From the sequence record OP795442: a DNA stretch of 64,000 nt; one strand, written 5' to 3'. The notes under the pieces were generated by a model. The model made no database searches. It had not been told where the DNA came from and saw nothing but the letters and a program-made list of their open reading frames with translations. The first letter of the stretch is position 1, and each line of letters starts with the position of its first letter. Below, one piece after another: positions 36,435-46,590 of the stretch. The stretch comes from Escherichia phage A7_1. Made by a program: the position numbers and the translations under genes.

Positions 36435-37532
36435 TTAAAGTTCGAAATCGAAGTCAGATGCACTCACTGAAGAGTCAACCTGACCCGACAGATATTGACC
36501 ATTTTCTAGTTCCTGTGGGGTTACCTGAACGTTTTTGGTATTCAGGTGGCTATTGATCCAAGGAATAGGGTTCTTCAGCGGTTTATCAATGAAACTATCT
36601 AAACCAACTGCTCGCATACGTTGATCAGCCATATAATCTACGTATTGCCACAGAATCTCTTTATTCAGTCCAACCATCGAACCATCTTTGAACAGGTATT
36701 CTGCCCAATCACGTTCTTGCTGTCGTGCCTGCAAGAACAATTCACGAGCCTCATCTTTGCAATCTTCTGCAACTCGTGCAATAAGGTCACCTTCACGACC
36801 ACTTTGCATTTCATTAAGAATATACTGAGTACCAGACAAATGCAAGGCTTCATCACGGGCGATCAGTTCAATAATGTTGGTGTTACCAGTCATGATACTA
36901 CGCTCACCAAATGCAAACGAACATGCAAAGCTCACATAGAAACGAATTGCTTCCAGAGCATTAATACTGTGCATACACAGGTACAGTGCTCGTGCATGTG
37001 CATAACGATCAACTGGCAGGTTCAAAGCGTAACGACTATTCAACTGGAATAAATCGTCATACAACTTCGTAACCGCATCAGCACGTTCCAGAATTTCTGG
37101 AGTTTTCATGATCTCATCAAGAATTGCAGAAGGATCACTAAATACATTTCGAATAATGTGTGTATATGAACGACTGTGGATTGTTTCACTGAAACCCCAA
37201 GTCTCAATCCAAGTTTCCAAAGCTGGATCGGAAACGATTGGAAGTAATACTGCATTCGGACCACGCCCTTGAACGGAATCAAGCAACGTTTGATACTTAA
37301 GATTACTAATGAAAATATGTTTTTCATGGTCAGGCAATCCCATAAAGTCAATTCGATCACGGGTTACATCGATCTCTTCCGGTCGCCAGAAGAATGCCAA
37401 CTGCTTTTCTGTCAGCTTTTCAAATTTGTTATGTTTTTGCTTGTCGTAACGAGAAACGTTAACAGACTCACCAAAGAACATCGGTTGTTCCATGAAATCA
37501 AACTGGTTTTTATTAAAAGTCGTGTAGCTCAC
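36435..37532 (-). CDS. nrdB: ribonucleotide reductase class I beta subunit
   Basis: 365 aa; position and ferritin-like helical composition. Confidence 0.75.
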   Translation of the reverse strand: MSYTTFNKNQFDFMEQPMFFGESVNVSRYDKQKHNKFEKLTEKQLAFFWRPEEIDVTRDRIDFMGLPDHEKHIFISNLKYQTLLDSVQGRGPNAVLLPIVSDPALETWIETWGFSETIHSRSYTHIIRNVFSDPSAILDEIMKTPEILERADAVTKLYDDLFQLNSRYALNLPVDRYAHARALYLCMHSINALEAIRFYVSFACSFAFGERSIMTGNTNIIELIARDEALHLSGTQYILNEMQSGREGDLIARVAEDCKDEARELFLQARQQERDWAEYLFKDGSMVGLNKEILWQYVDYMADQRMRAVGLDSFIDKPLKNPIPWINSHLNTKNVQVTPQELENGQYLSGQVDSSVSASDFDFEL

Positions 37533-37587
37533 TTATTATCTCCTCTTCGTTAATCTGAAAACCATTATACCTGAACTTACCAAGAAA

Positions 37588-37929
37588 TCAATAGTTATTT
37601 CTTAAAATTTCAATCCCATACCGCTTAAAGACTTCCTTTGCTGCCATAAACTTTTGTGCTGCACTTGGATTTGAAGTGTGAACAAACAGAACAGCAGGAT
37701 ACAGGATCGGTTTGCCAAACACAAGTTTTTCTTCTAACATTTCTAAGCAGCGGTAACCTTCTTTTGAATCTTCACCAAGGTCATTGTCGAAGTGCCATTC
37801 TGTTACCCGACGATACATTTTATTGGGGTCATCAAGGAACTCGATAAACTGGTCAGAATTTTTAAACCAGATGGCATCATCATGCCCGTAATCTTTTGGA
37901 TCTCTCAAATCATCAAGCCAAATCTTCAT
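37588..37929 (-). CDS. hypothetical protein (113 aa)
   Basis: Track ORF. Confidence 0.5.
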   Translation of the reverse strand: MKIWLDDLRDPKDYGHDDAIWFKNSDQFIEFLDDPNKMYRRVTEWHFDNDLGEDSKEGYRCLEMLEEKLVFGKPILYPAVLFVHTSNPSAAQKFMAAKEVFKRYGIEILRNNY

Positions 37930-37983
37930 CTTTTCCTCCTGTCTCGTTTATGTGGTTTATTATACGGATTACCTTACCAAAGT

Positions 37984-38011
37984 CAATAAAAAACCGCCCC
38001 GAAGGGCGGTT
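37984..38011 (-). terminator. intrinsic terminator (AAAAAACCGCCCCGAAGGGCGGTT family)
   Basis: GC stem with GAA loop, then T-run on minus strand. Confidence 0.6.
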
Positions 38012-38015
38012 AATT

Positions 38016-38204
38016 TTAATTGTACTTGTTGAGAATGTTAAACATATCTTTTGCAATATATTTATTGTCTCGACAACCAGCAAGGTTGTTACGAAGTGCA
38101 GCCACATAGATCTCTGTGCCGCAACCTGGGTAGGATGTGCCGAATCTTTTTGCCTGTCTTTTAAATGTCCAACGATCAATAAAGAACCAAGAGATAAATT
38201 TCAT
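38016..38204 (-). CDS. hypothetical small protein (62 aa) between two identical hairpins
   Basis: Strong RBS GAGGAGG 5 nt before ATG. Confidence 0.45.
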   Translation of the reverse strand: MKFISWFFIDRWTFKRQAKRFGTSYPGCGTEIYVAALRNNLAGCRDNKYIAKDMFNILNKYN

Positions 38205-38217
38205 ATTCCTCCTCAGA

Positions 38218-38236
38218 ACCGCCCCGAAGGGCGGTT
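38218..38236 (-). promoter_or_regulatory. GC hairpin ACCGCCCCGAAGGGCGGT without T-run
   Basis: Same stem as the terminator family but followed by an RBS on the minus strand. Confidence 0.4.
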
Positions 38237-38244
38237 ATTTATTG

Positions 38245-40503
38245 TCACAGTTTACAAGCGCCAGATTCGCAGCCTTCATCCTCTTCATCTTCACCATCGC
38301 GAGTTTCTTGATAGTAAACAGTCTTCAGGCCAATCTTGTAAGCATACATCAGGTCACGCAGCACAATCTTAATCGGCAGTTTGCCACCTGGATAATCCCA
38401 AGGTTTGTAGAAGGTATTGGTCGAGATCGATTGGTCAATAAACTTCTGGATGATAGCCATCAGGTTAAGATAAGCTGTCGGTCCATTCATATCCCATTTG
38501 TACTCGTACACCACACCTTCCTCACCAACACCAGGAACCAGCGTCGGAAGCATACCCGCAGGTGACTTCTTAAACGTCACTGGACCACGAGGAGGTTCAA
38601 TGCCGTTGGTAGAGTTAGTAATCTGGCTTGATGTTTCACAAGGCATCATTGTGGACAACGTTGAGTTACGTAATCCGTGCAATGCGATATCCAGACGCAA
38701 ACTTTCCCAATCTTGTTGCAATTCTGCGGTATGCAACTGATCAACTTCTTTCTTGTAGCGATCGATAGGTAAGATGCCACGAGAATAAGATGTTTGATCG
38801 TACCACTCACAAGAACCACGCTCTTTCGCTAACTGAACAGAAGCTTTCAGCAGGTAGAACTGGAATGCTTCCGCAAGTTTATGAACTTCATTGGCAGCTT
38901 CCGGTGAACTATATTTAAGTCCACGTTTAGCTAAGTAATACGCCAAGTTAGTCCAGCCAATACCCAAGGTACGACGCAGTAACGTTTTCTCTGCTGCAAG
39001 AACAGGGTAGTTCTGATAATCAAGCAGGTTATCAAGAGCACGTACCGTGATCATAACAGGTTCTTCTAAATCTTCAAGCTTCTCAATCTTCCCGAGGTTG
39101 ATTGCTGATAAAGTACACAGTGCAACTTCACCAGAATCTTTCGGGTCCTTAATGTTATTGATCGGAGCCGTAGGTAATGCAATTTCCATACACAGGTTAG
39201 ATTGCTTAATCGGAGCCACTTCAGGAAGGAACGGACTGTTGCTGTTGCAATGGTCAACGTTCTGAATATAAATACGACCTGTCTGGCTACGTTCTTGAGC
39301 TAAACGAGTGAAAGCATCAGTCGCTTCAAGCTCTTTGCGAGGAATGGAAGGGTCTGCTTCCAATTTCTCATACAGTTCTGCAAATGCTTCTTGATCCGAG
39401 AAGAAGTATTTATACAGATCACCGTTTGCTACGTTTGGATGGAAGAAACTGATCTTGCCACCTTTCTGTAAGCGAGTATAGAAGAACTTGTTGATCTGAA
39501 CACCATAATCAACATGTCGTGCACGGGTGCTTTCAGTACCACGGTTGTTCTTCATTACGATCAGGTTTTCAAAGTCCCAGTGCCAAATCGGGTAGAAGTA
39601 GTTAGCTGAAGCTTTACGCAGACCACCTTGAGATGCCCAACCTAAAGATTCTTGATACATTCGAACAATGCCAACCGTACCTGCATGTTTAACTTCCCCG
39701 CCGCGAATAGGAGCGTCCTGTCCACGAATAGCACCAAAGTTCAAACCGATACCTGCTCGCTGTGCTGCATACTTACCTTGTGCTTCAACTGCTGCAAAGA
39801 TCTGGTTAATATCATCACCGGACTCAATCAGTACACAAGAACTGAATTGTCGAGTCGGAGTTCGTACACCACCCATAATCGGAGTAGGCAGAGAAACCTT
39901 CATGGTAGAAACCATATTGTACAGATCAATCACTTTTTGTAGACGCTTCTTAGGATCTTCTTTACTCATCAAGCACATTGCGATCAGCATCAGTGCTGTC
40001 TGAGGAGATTCAAAGATTTCACCTGTTACACGATCCTTGACTAGATATTTATCTTCGTACTGACGCATAGCTGCGTAAGTGTAATCAAAATCACGGTCAT
40101 GATCGATAACTGTATCTAAAAATTCAATCTCTTCTTTCGTGTAATCTGAAATAAGATGTTCATCGTATTTACCGCGAGCTACAGTCATAAGAATGTGAGC
40201 GTACAGTGGACGAGGTTCAAAACCACCATAAGCCTGCTTACGCAGTTTAAACAGAAGCAGACGTGCTGCTGGATACTGATAGTTTGGACTTTCTACACTA
40301 ATTAGGTCCGCTGCGGACTTGATCAGGGTATCGTGAATCGCGTCGGTTTCTACACCATCATACATCTGAATCTGAGATTTCATCAGGATATCAGAAGGAC
40401 TTACATCATTAACCCCTTCACAAGACCAAACTACAACACGGTTGATCTTCTCAGCTTCGAATTTCTCTACAGAACCATTACGCTTACGAACAGTAATACC
40501 CAA
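38245..40503 (-). CDS. nrdA: ribonucleotide reductase class I alpha subunit
   Basis: 752 aa; C-terminal CESGACKL redox tail; typical NrdA length. Confidence 0.85.
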   Translation of the reverse strand: MGITVRKRNGSVEKFEAEKINRVVVWSCEGVNDVSPSDILMKSQIQMYDGVETDAIHDTLIKSAADLISVESPNYQYPAARLLLFKLRKQAYGGFEPRPLYAHILMTVARGKYDEHLISDYTKEEIEFLDTVIDHDRDFDYTYAAMRQYEDKYLVKDRVTGEIFESPQTALMLIAMCLMSKEDPKKRLQKVIDLYNMVSTMKVSLPTPIMGGVRTPTRQFSSCVLIESGDDINQIFAAVEAQGKYAAQRAGIGLNFGAIRGQDAPIRGGEVKHAGTVGIVRMYQESLGWASQGGLRKASANYFYPIWHWDFENLIVMKNNRGTESTRARHVDYGVQINKFFYTRLQKGGKISFFHPNVANGDLYKYFFSDQEAFAELYEKLEADPSIPRKELEATDAFTRLAQERSQTGRIYIQNVDHCNSNSPFLPEVAPIKQSNLCMEIALPTAPINNIKDPKDSGEVALCTLSAINLGKIEKLEDLEEPVMITVRALDNLLDYQNYPVLAAEKTLLRRTLGIGWTNLAYYLAKRGLKYSSPEAANEVHKLAEAFQFYLLKASVQLAKERGSCEWYDQTSYSRGILPIDRYKKEVDQLHTAELQQDWESLRLDIALHGLRNSTLSTMMPCETSSQITNSTNGIEPPRGPVTFKKSPAGMLPTLVPGVGEEGVVYEYKWDMNGPTAYLNLMAIIQKFIDQSISTNTFYKPWDYPGGKLPIKIVLRDLMYAYKIGLKTVYYQETRDGEDEEDEGCESGACKL

Positions 40504-40514
40504 TTTATTTCTCC

Positions 40515-40763
40515 TTATTTAGTTTCAGTTTTAGTTGCAGACTTGTTGATCAGGGTATCATATTTATCGACATTTTCAAGTGTCGGTTCACCTAATCGAA
40601 CAGTCAATCCAGAATACTGATCGTGGTAAGTATCGTCATAACCAAACGAATCATCAACCAGATCATTAAACTGCAACCAACCTAAGTATTCATGCTTACT
40701 TGCAAAACCACGCTGGAACCATTTAGTTTGCTCAACCGGAACTGTCAATTTAGCTTTACCCAT
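40515..40763 (-). CDS. hypothetical protein (82 aa)
   Basis: Track ORF. Confidence 0.45.
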   Translation of the reverse strand: MGKAKLTVPVEQTKWFQRGFASKHEYLGWLQFNDLVDDSFGYDDTYHDQYSGLTVRLGEPTLENVDKYDTLINKSATKTETK

Positions 40764-40777
40764 AATATTTCTCCTTA

Positions 40778-41251
40778 TTATTTAATCAGTGTCTCAGAAA
40801 ACTCAGGAAGATCCATAACGATTGTTTCGGAACGATCTTCTTTTCGTGTGTATTTACGGGTATTCACTTTTTCAACAACCGGAATATCAAAATCCAAAGA
40901 ATTAACAAAAGCCGTCGCTTTAGAACTACTAACATCTAGGATATCCATCTTTTCGTAGATATCTACAAGTGGGAATTCTGATTTGTCACGTAGACGTCCA
41001 GAAAACACTGTTGTTTCACGACAAAGGTACGGCTTATCGATACAACGTACATTCACTCGATTAATTCGATCAATCTGACAAGGCTTATACTCTCCAGTTT
41101 CTTCATTAAGAATAGATACTTGAAATCCGATTAGGTGAAGAACTTTACGAAGCGTTTTATCATCCTTTGGATCAAACTTCATGATTTTTGCACATTCCAG
41201 AATGAAATCCAGAGTTACTGCACCGTATTTGACTTCTTTCTTAAAACCCAT
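40778..41251 (-). CDS. hypothetical protein (157 aa)
   Basis: Track ORF. Confidence 0.5.
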   Translation of the reverse strand: MGFKKEVKYGAVTLDFILECAKIMKFDPKDDKTLRKVLHLIGFQVSILNEETGEYKPCQIDRINRVNVRCIDKPYLCRETTVFSGRLRDKSEFPLVDIYEKMDILDVSSSKATAFVNSLDFDIPVVEKVNTRKYTRKEDRSETIVMDLPEFSETLIK

Positions 41252-41338
41252 AATTTTCTCCTCGACAACTCTTTAAAAGAGGGAGCTAATTGCTCCCATT
41301 CCTCGTATAATATAAAATTAACTAACCAATGTCAAACA

Positions 41339-42376
41339 TTATTTTGCAACATTTCCAGGAATTAGTTGTCGATGCTGGACAAAACCTTTCAAGTTACCAC
41401 TCCAGAAATTACCATCACGATCTACATGAGTAATTCCTTCTTCCCAACTGGTAGGGTCCCAAGCCACATTCACCATTGGAACATTAGGGATAAAATCTTC
41501 CTCTGTTTCAGCGATCTCTTTAGCTTGGTGTTCAAAAGGGGACGCGTGTACCTTTTTACCACCCACAAGTCGAGAATAAATATCTAAAGCTTTATCTTTT
41601 GTACTGTCAAGTCGGCGATAACTTACCTGACCGCAGCAAGAAGAGGAAATTCGTAAAGCCTCTTCTTCACTGAGCATAACAGGCTTGCCATCTTCATCCT
41701 CTACATAATAACCAAAGAATACGAAAAAGTCATCACCAAACAATCCAATATTTTCGTAAGCATGTTCAACATAGGGAGTATGCCAAACCCCAGGCTCCAA
41801 TTTTTCTGGATGAGAAGCATCATACGCTTCTTTCATTTTCTTTGCAAGCACTTCGATTGTTGGATCTGCATCTGCATCTACACGCAACCAGAAGAAATTT
41901 TCAAACTCGGTTGCTGTGACTACCGTCTTCATCATTTGGAAAGGTTCAATCAGGCGGTTGGCAATTTGCTTATGATACCCTGCCGTCTCAAATCGTTCAG
42001 CCCATTCAGATGCAGACTCTGCCGCTTTAACCCAAGCTTCTCGGCCTGTACAGAAAAGATTGTGAGCCAGACCATCTTCACCATCAACCCAATCATACCA
42101 AACTTTACCGTCGTGTTCCACACCATGATCTTGCATACCTGGTTTGTTAGCCCCAAATCGAACAGGCATTGCTGTGTTATTACGAACAAGCTCAATCATC
42201 TTCTTGATCGGAACTGCACGAGAAGACATTGCGTTTCGACTAAACAGTCGATGGGTCATCAACTCAGAATGAATAAAACGAGGATACGTCAATTCAAAAG
42301 TTGTGATTCGAGAATTTGTTACCGTACCAATAGAGTCTGCAATAATTTTAACTTCAATTTGATTCAGCTTGTCCAC
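41339..42376 (-). CDS. thyX: ThyX-like flavin-dependent thymidylate synthase (tentative)
   Basis: THRLFSRNAMSSR segment resembles the RHR-x7-S ThyX motif; 345 aa is long for ThyX. Confidence 0.45.
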   Translation of the reverse strand: MDKLNQIEVKIIADSIGTVTNSRITTFELTYPRFIHSELMTHRLFSRNAMSSRAVPIKKMIELVRNNTAMPVRFGANKPGMQDHGVEHDGKVWYDWVDGEDGLAHNLFCTGREAWVKAAESASEWAERFETAGYHKQIANRLIEPFQMMKTVVTATEFENFFWLRVDADADPTIEVLAKKMKEAYDASHPEKLEPGVWHTPYVEHAYENIGLFGDDFFVFFGYYVEDEDGKPVMLSEEEALRISSSCCGQVSYRRLDSTKDKALDIYSRLVGGKKVHASPFEHQAKEIAETEEDFIPNVPMVNVAWDPTSWEEGITHVDRDGNFWSGNLKGFVQHRQLIPGNVAK

Positions 42377-42379
42377 TTA

Positions 42380-42607
42380 TTACTCCTTATTCTTTTCTTT
42401 AAGTACATTCAAATTATATGGTAGATAGCCTTCTAATTCTAACCAATCACCTTTTTCATTAATATATTCTAAAGATTCAATCTTGTCACCCTTTTTCTTT
42501 AGAACATTTAAAACTTGATCAACATCAAGAGAGTTATCGGAAAGCTGAAGTTTATCATCAACATACATACCTTCCCAATCATATCCTCGGAATATTACAA
42601 TTTTCAT
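42380..42607 (-). CDS. hypothetical protein (75 aa)
   Basis: Track ORF. Confidence 0.4.
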   Translation of the reverse strand: MKIVIFRGYDWEGMYVDDKLQLSDNSLDVDQVLNVLKKKGDKIESLEYINEKGDWLELEGYLPYNLNVLKEKNKE

Positions 42608-42789
42608 TTTATTTTCCTGATTTTGTAATCAACACGAACATCATACATAACGTGAAGATACATGTCAAACATTTCTTTGCACATATCGCTTTTTACTTTG
42701 AAGGAAGCCAAAAGGCTTCCATTTTCTTTAGAAAGGATCTCTACATAATCCCCTTCCCTAACTACCCACCTTCCTTTACCACATCTCAA
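42604..42789 (-). CDS. hypothetical protein (61 aa)
   Basis: Track ORF. Confidence 0.4.
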   Translation of the reverse strand: MRCGKGRWVVREGDYVEILSKENGSLLASFKVKSDMCKEMFDMYLHVMYDVRVDYKIRKIK

Positions 42790-43391
42790 GATTCTCTCTC
42801 CAAAATAAATTCAGCAATCGATGCCCAATCGCTAGTTACCAAGTCGTAACATCCGATCTCTTCTTCATCTTGACTGAAGGGTGTATCATACTTGATTTTT
42901 ACTACCTTGTCACTAAATTGATTCAAAAATTTATTACGATCATCAATGATGTAATCACCCGAAACTCCAGCCTTGTACTTTGTAGCATAAAAACCACACC
43001 CGTCTGTTCCATTTTCAAGGTCCAGGTTAGGGAAGTGTCGCTTCAAGAAACGAACCTTACTGCTAAAATGACCTTTCTTGCAATAAGAAACAAACCGAAT
43101 AGGGAATCCTGCGGCATGTAACTTGTTGATTGCATCTACCGCTCCCGCAATAGGGAACATCTTATCATACAAGAAAGGATCTTCCCAATAATCATAAGGA
43201 GGGATAGCCTTCTTACAGCGATCAGGGAAGTACCGAGAAAGATTGTAATCAAAATACCCATTCTCGCTAATGTCCTTGTCCATAAGGTCAGAATCAGCCT
43301 CCATATTATAGATGCTTTCCATCCAGTGCAACCAAGGCCATCCAGAATCAACGATAGTTAAGTCAACATCCACAATGATCGCTTTTTTCAT
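42786..43391 (-). CDS. HAD-family hydrolase (possible nucleotidase)
   Basis: N-terminal VDVDLT (DxD) motif. Confidence 0.45.
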   Translation of the reverse strand: MKKAIIVDVDLTIVDSGWPWLHWMESIYNMEADSDLMDKDISENGYFDYNLSRYFPDRCKKAIPPYDYWEDPFLYDKMFPIAGAVDAINKLHAAGFPIRFVSYCKKGHFSSKVRFLKRHFPNLDLENGTDGCGFYATKYKAGVSGDYIIDDRNKFLNQFSDKVVKIKYDTPFSQDEEEIGCYDLVTSDWASIAEFILERES

Positions 43392-44030
43392 TTACTCTTT
43401 CCCCTCTGAGAGTTTGATAATTAATTTTGCAGTTTCAGTTAGCTTACCATTAACGTTTTCAACGTCGAAATCTCTAGGTCGTGCACTTTCAGGGAAATTC
43501 TCAGAGTAAATATAATTACGAGAATCACCTTCAAAAGTTAATTTATTACCTGTTCGTGGATCAGTACGATGTAAACGGATCAGGGTGTAATCACCATTTA
43601 CCGCTTTAACTACCGGAACACTTTCATGAATAAATCCACCATCAGAGCTAATAAATGTACAAGTATAACCATCCATTTCCATACTTTTCGCAATATCTTT
43701 AACACGCTTGGCAAGAGCAACACCGAAGTATTCTTCCCCGAAGAGAGGCTTCGCAACATTCTCCGAGATGTGGATCAGCCAGTTACGTGGGGACACTTGT
43801 TTACCTGCAACATTAAAATATGGTTGAGGTACTTCTTTATAATCACGGTGGTAAAGTGCATCCCACAGTTCACGATTAATACCTGCAATACGAATAGCTA
43901 GATCGATAAGGGAACCTTTAAACTCCACATGAATACCCACGTTGTTGCCTACGGTAACTAACTGAGCGATCTCACCAGCAAGAGCATCTTTACCAGAAAA
44001 AGCAGGACCATTCAAATTGATAAATTTCAT
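43392..44030 (-). CDS. deoxynucleoside monophosphate kinase-like protein
   Basis: P-loop GPAFSGKD near N-terminus. Confidence 0.45.
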   Translation of the reverse strand: MKFINLNGPAFSGKDALAGEIAQLVTVGNNVGIHVEFKGSLIDLAIRIAGINRELWDALYHRDYKEVPQPYFNVAGKQVSPRNWLIHISENVAKPLFGEEYFGVALAKRVKDIAKSMEMDGYTCTFISSDGGFIHESVPVVKAVNGDYTLIRLHRTDPRTGNKLTFEGDSRNYIYSENFPESARPRDFDVENVNGKLTETAKLIIKLSEGKE

Positions 44031-44052
44031 ATTAATCTCCTCTCAGTTTCAC

Positions 44053-44079
44053 AATAAAAAACCGCCCCGAAGGGCGGTT
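44053..44079 (-). terminator. intrinsic terminator (same hairpin family)
   Basis: ACCGCCCCGAAGGGCGGT then T-run on minus strand. Confidence 0.6.
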
Positions 44080-44088
44080 AAATCAAAA

Positions 44089-45183
44089 TTACAGAATGTT
44101 TGCCAGCGTTTTCTTCATCGCTGCCTTCTCGCGAACATTCTGACGATCTCGTGCACAAGAACCACATTCTTGACAACGATAAATCTTGAACTTAGACAAG
44201 AACGTTACTGCTGACTTACCTTCCTCAATAACCAGGTCGTCACTACCACAACGAACACAACGCATTGCCGTCTGATCTTTGTGGAACAATGCAATGTTCG
44301 GATGTTTACGCATGAAAGGTCGTACAGTCAGATACAGTTCTTCCAGCGTTGGAATATCACCAATGTTATATTCTTCCATCTCTTCAAATGCGGTTGGGTC
44401 ACCTTCAACACAACGTCGCCACAGACTGAAACCTTCGTGCGACAGCTTACGACTATCAAGTTCAAAATAGTTACATGCGGCTTCAAGTGCATTTGAAGGA
44501 AGAGAGAAAGCTTCTTTCAGTGCAGCCAATGTATCGATCGTAATGTAAGGACTTGGTGGTTGCATACCGTAATATGCGAAACGCTGATTTGCCCAACCAC
44601 GGTCAAAGCGAGCATTATGTGCGATGAAGATATCACATTCATCCAGAACTTTCCACAGGTCTTCGATCAACTTACGATCTGACTGGTGATCTCGTGCAAA
44701 CTCTTCTGGATAATCCGTCAGCTTGCGGCTGAAGATCGACGGGTTGTGCAACCACTTACCAGCGAATGTCAGCATGTACGGTTCCATAATTACCTGCTTC
44801 GGTGCAATGAACTGTTTAAATCGTCCAAACGAATATGCAACAGAAGGAGATGTTTCAACGTCACCAAGGAAAACTTTAGCACCTGGGTTCTGCTCTTTGA
44901 TCTTTTCAATGAAATCTTTTTGAATCTTAGCAACAGGTTCACCACCCGACTCTTTCTGCTGCATATATTCTGCATAGTTTTCGTAATCTTCATACGCCGG
45001 AGTCATTTCAAGGAGTTCTTTAACACTTGAAACATCATTCTTTTCAATTTCACGACGGATCATATTACGAACCGTGGATTCCTGAGACTCTTTACCCAAT
45101 TGGCGAGCTACTTCGCGCTGAGACAGACCGTGTTTCATCAGTTGCAGAACTTGTTCAACAGTAAAAGTTACTTTATTAGTCAC
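44089..45183 (-). CDS. DEDDh-type 3'-5' exonuclease with N-terminal HTH-like region and C-terminal Cys4 cluster
   Basis: DVETS (Exo I) and HNARFD (Exo III) motifs; CVRCG...CQECG cluster. Confidence 0.5.
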   Translation of the reverse strand: MTNKVTFTVEQVLQLMKHGLSQREVARQLGKESQESTVRNMIRREIEKNDVSSVKELLEMTPAYEDYENYAEYMQQKESGGEPVAKIQKDFIEKIKEQNPGAKVFLGDVETSPSVAYSFGRFKQFIAPKQVIMEPYMLTFAGKWLHNPSIFSRKLTDYPEEFARDHQSDRKLIEDLWKVLDECDIFIAHNARFDRGWANQRFAYYGMQPPSPYITIDTLAALKEAFSLPSNALEAACNYFELDSRKLSHEGFSLWRRCVEGDPTAFEEMEEYNIGDIPTLEELYLTVRPFMRKHPNIALFHKDQTAMRCVRCGSDDLVIEEGKSAVTFLSKFKIYRCQECGSCARDRQNVREKAAMKKTLANIL

Positions 45184-45193
45184 TAAAAACTCC

Positions 45194-45439
45194 TTATTTA
45201 AAAAATTCGATTACATCGGCAACAGCAAAGTCACGGATATCTTGTTTATCTACATCATACGCTTTCATAAACCACTGTTCGCCACGATGATACGGCGATT
45301 CACCATACCACATCACTGGCGTTCCAGTTACAGTACGATAACCACACTCACCTTTCCAATTGCGATAATAAAACCGCAGGGTTGGTAAACCGTAGGTGTT
45401 ATGGTCAACTTCTTGACTCATACAAATAACCCTCCTCAA
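45194..45439 (-). CDS. hypothetical protein (81 aa)
   Basis: Track ORF. Confidence 0.45.
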   Translation of the reverse strand: MRRVICMSQEVDHNTYGLPTLRFYYRNWKGECGYRTVTGTPVMWYGESPYHRGEQWFMKAYDVDKQDIRDFAVADVIEFFK

Positions 45440-45983
45440 GTTTATCGATAAACGCTTTTACATAAAGAGTTATCATCTCCCCTTTATCCAAGCTCTCATC
45501 GATAACTACATTGTATCTCAATAAAGCGTTCGTTGCAATTGTTTCTTTCTTTAATCTCTTCAAATATTTTTTCAGGTCAGCAACAATCTCACCATGAAAT
45601 TTCCTTGAAGAGTAATCCCTTTCGAGATAGTCAGCCATTCTACGCAGAACTTCACTCATTGTCAAGTCTGTTTTATCTTCCATATGTTTAGACCAAAGTT
45701 TTTGTACACCACCTTCGAAAAGGTTAAGAGTGCTTCCAATAACGCCCCTTACCTTTCCGTCGAAGTGGTCATGGTCCAAACAAGGCTTCTCCATAACTTC
45801 ACCCAGTATAGCACAAACTCCTTGTTGGTCAAGCAATATTTCATCACGATATTTTGCTATTTCTTTTGACCCACTTACCCAAAGATCCTTATTTAGTTTC
45901 ACACGGATAGGTGTAGTCGCCTTATCCTTTGCTGTGAATAGAGGCCTCTTTGACCGCCGCTTCCTCACTCTCGGTACTCGCAT
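45405..45983 (-). CDS. endonuclease VII-like Holliday junction resolvase (T4 gp49-like)
   Basis: CLDHDHFDGKVRGVIGSTLN matches the endo VII zinc/HNH core from memory. Confidence 0.7.
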   Translation of the reverse strand: MRVPRVRKRRSKRPLFTAKDKATTPIRVKLNKDLWVSGSKEIAKYRDEILLDQQGVCAILGEVMEKPCLDHDHFDGKVRGVIGSTLNLFEGGVQKLWSKHMEDKTDLTMSEVLRRMADYLERDYSSRKFHGEIVADLKKYLKRLKKETIATNALLRYNVVIDESLDKGEMITLYVKAFIDKLEEGYLYESRS

Positions 45984-46590
45984 GTACTCCCTCCAAGGCT
46001 AAAGCCATTAATAACTCACCATGTGTTGGTTCAAGAGGGTTTTCAAAATACTCTTCCATTCCGAAACGATAAAGTGACATTGGGAAGTTTATACTACTAA
46101 ACAAGCTGTTGTCAACATTATTTTTAAATTCCGGTGGAACGTTCGTATCAAATTCCCTAAAGAATTCAGATCGACTAGAGTTTATAAAAACCCTTAGAGC
46201 ATTATCAAAAATTGGATTACCTTTTTGCTTAGTCAGATAAAGCAATTCTTTTAGCGAAGCCTTATCAGAAACAGACTTAAAAGAATATCCACTAATGATG
46301 ATCTCGTCAAAACACATACCTCTAACTTTTTGCCAAAAAGACCACTGTGCAGAACTGATCGTCTGAATATGCATGTTCAGCTTAGATCGTTCATTAAACA
46401 GGTTTATATCGTAACCACTACGATCTTTCTGATAAGAACCAAACCCCAAGCTATTTGCAGTGTGCTTCAGTTTAGCAATGAAATCCCCCCTTTCGAGGGT
46501 ATTCCAACAGATCACTAATTTCTTACTCTGGTAAAACTCTTCAGATTCATAGCGTTCAATAACCGTTTCGTTCAAGGTAGCATCTCCCAA
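45922..46590 (-). CDS. hypothetical protein (222 aa)
   Basis: Track ORF. Confidence 0.45.
   Translation of the reverse strand: MGDATLNETVIERYESEEFYQSKKLVICWNTLERGDFIAKLKHTANSLGFGSYQKDRSGYDINLFNERSKLNMHIQTISSAQWSFWQKVRGMCFDEIIISGYSFKSVSDKASLKELLYLTKQKGNPIFDNALRVFINSSRSEFFREFDTNVPPEFKNNVDNSLFSSINFPMSLYRFGMEEYFENPLEPTHGELLMALALEGVHASTESEEAAVKEASIHSKG

Noticed and set aside
36621-37052. 143-aa plus-strand ORF
   Set aside because: Antisense within nrdB.
38218-38236. Terminator call for the hairpin upstream of ORF 38016..38204
   Set aside because: Same stem as the terminator family but lacks the T-run on the transcribed strand; kept as a regulatory hairpin.
37896-38565. Plus-strand ORFs 37896..38372 and 38137..38565
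   Set aside because: Span terminator hairpins and run antisense to nrdA and neighbouring genes; no translation signals.
41762-42424. 220-aa plus-strand ORF
   Set aside because: Antisense to the ThyX-like gene; Cys/Phe-rich low-complexity translation typical of antisense reading of AT-rich coding DNA.
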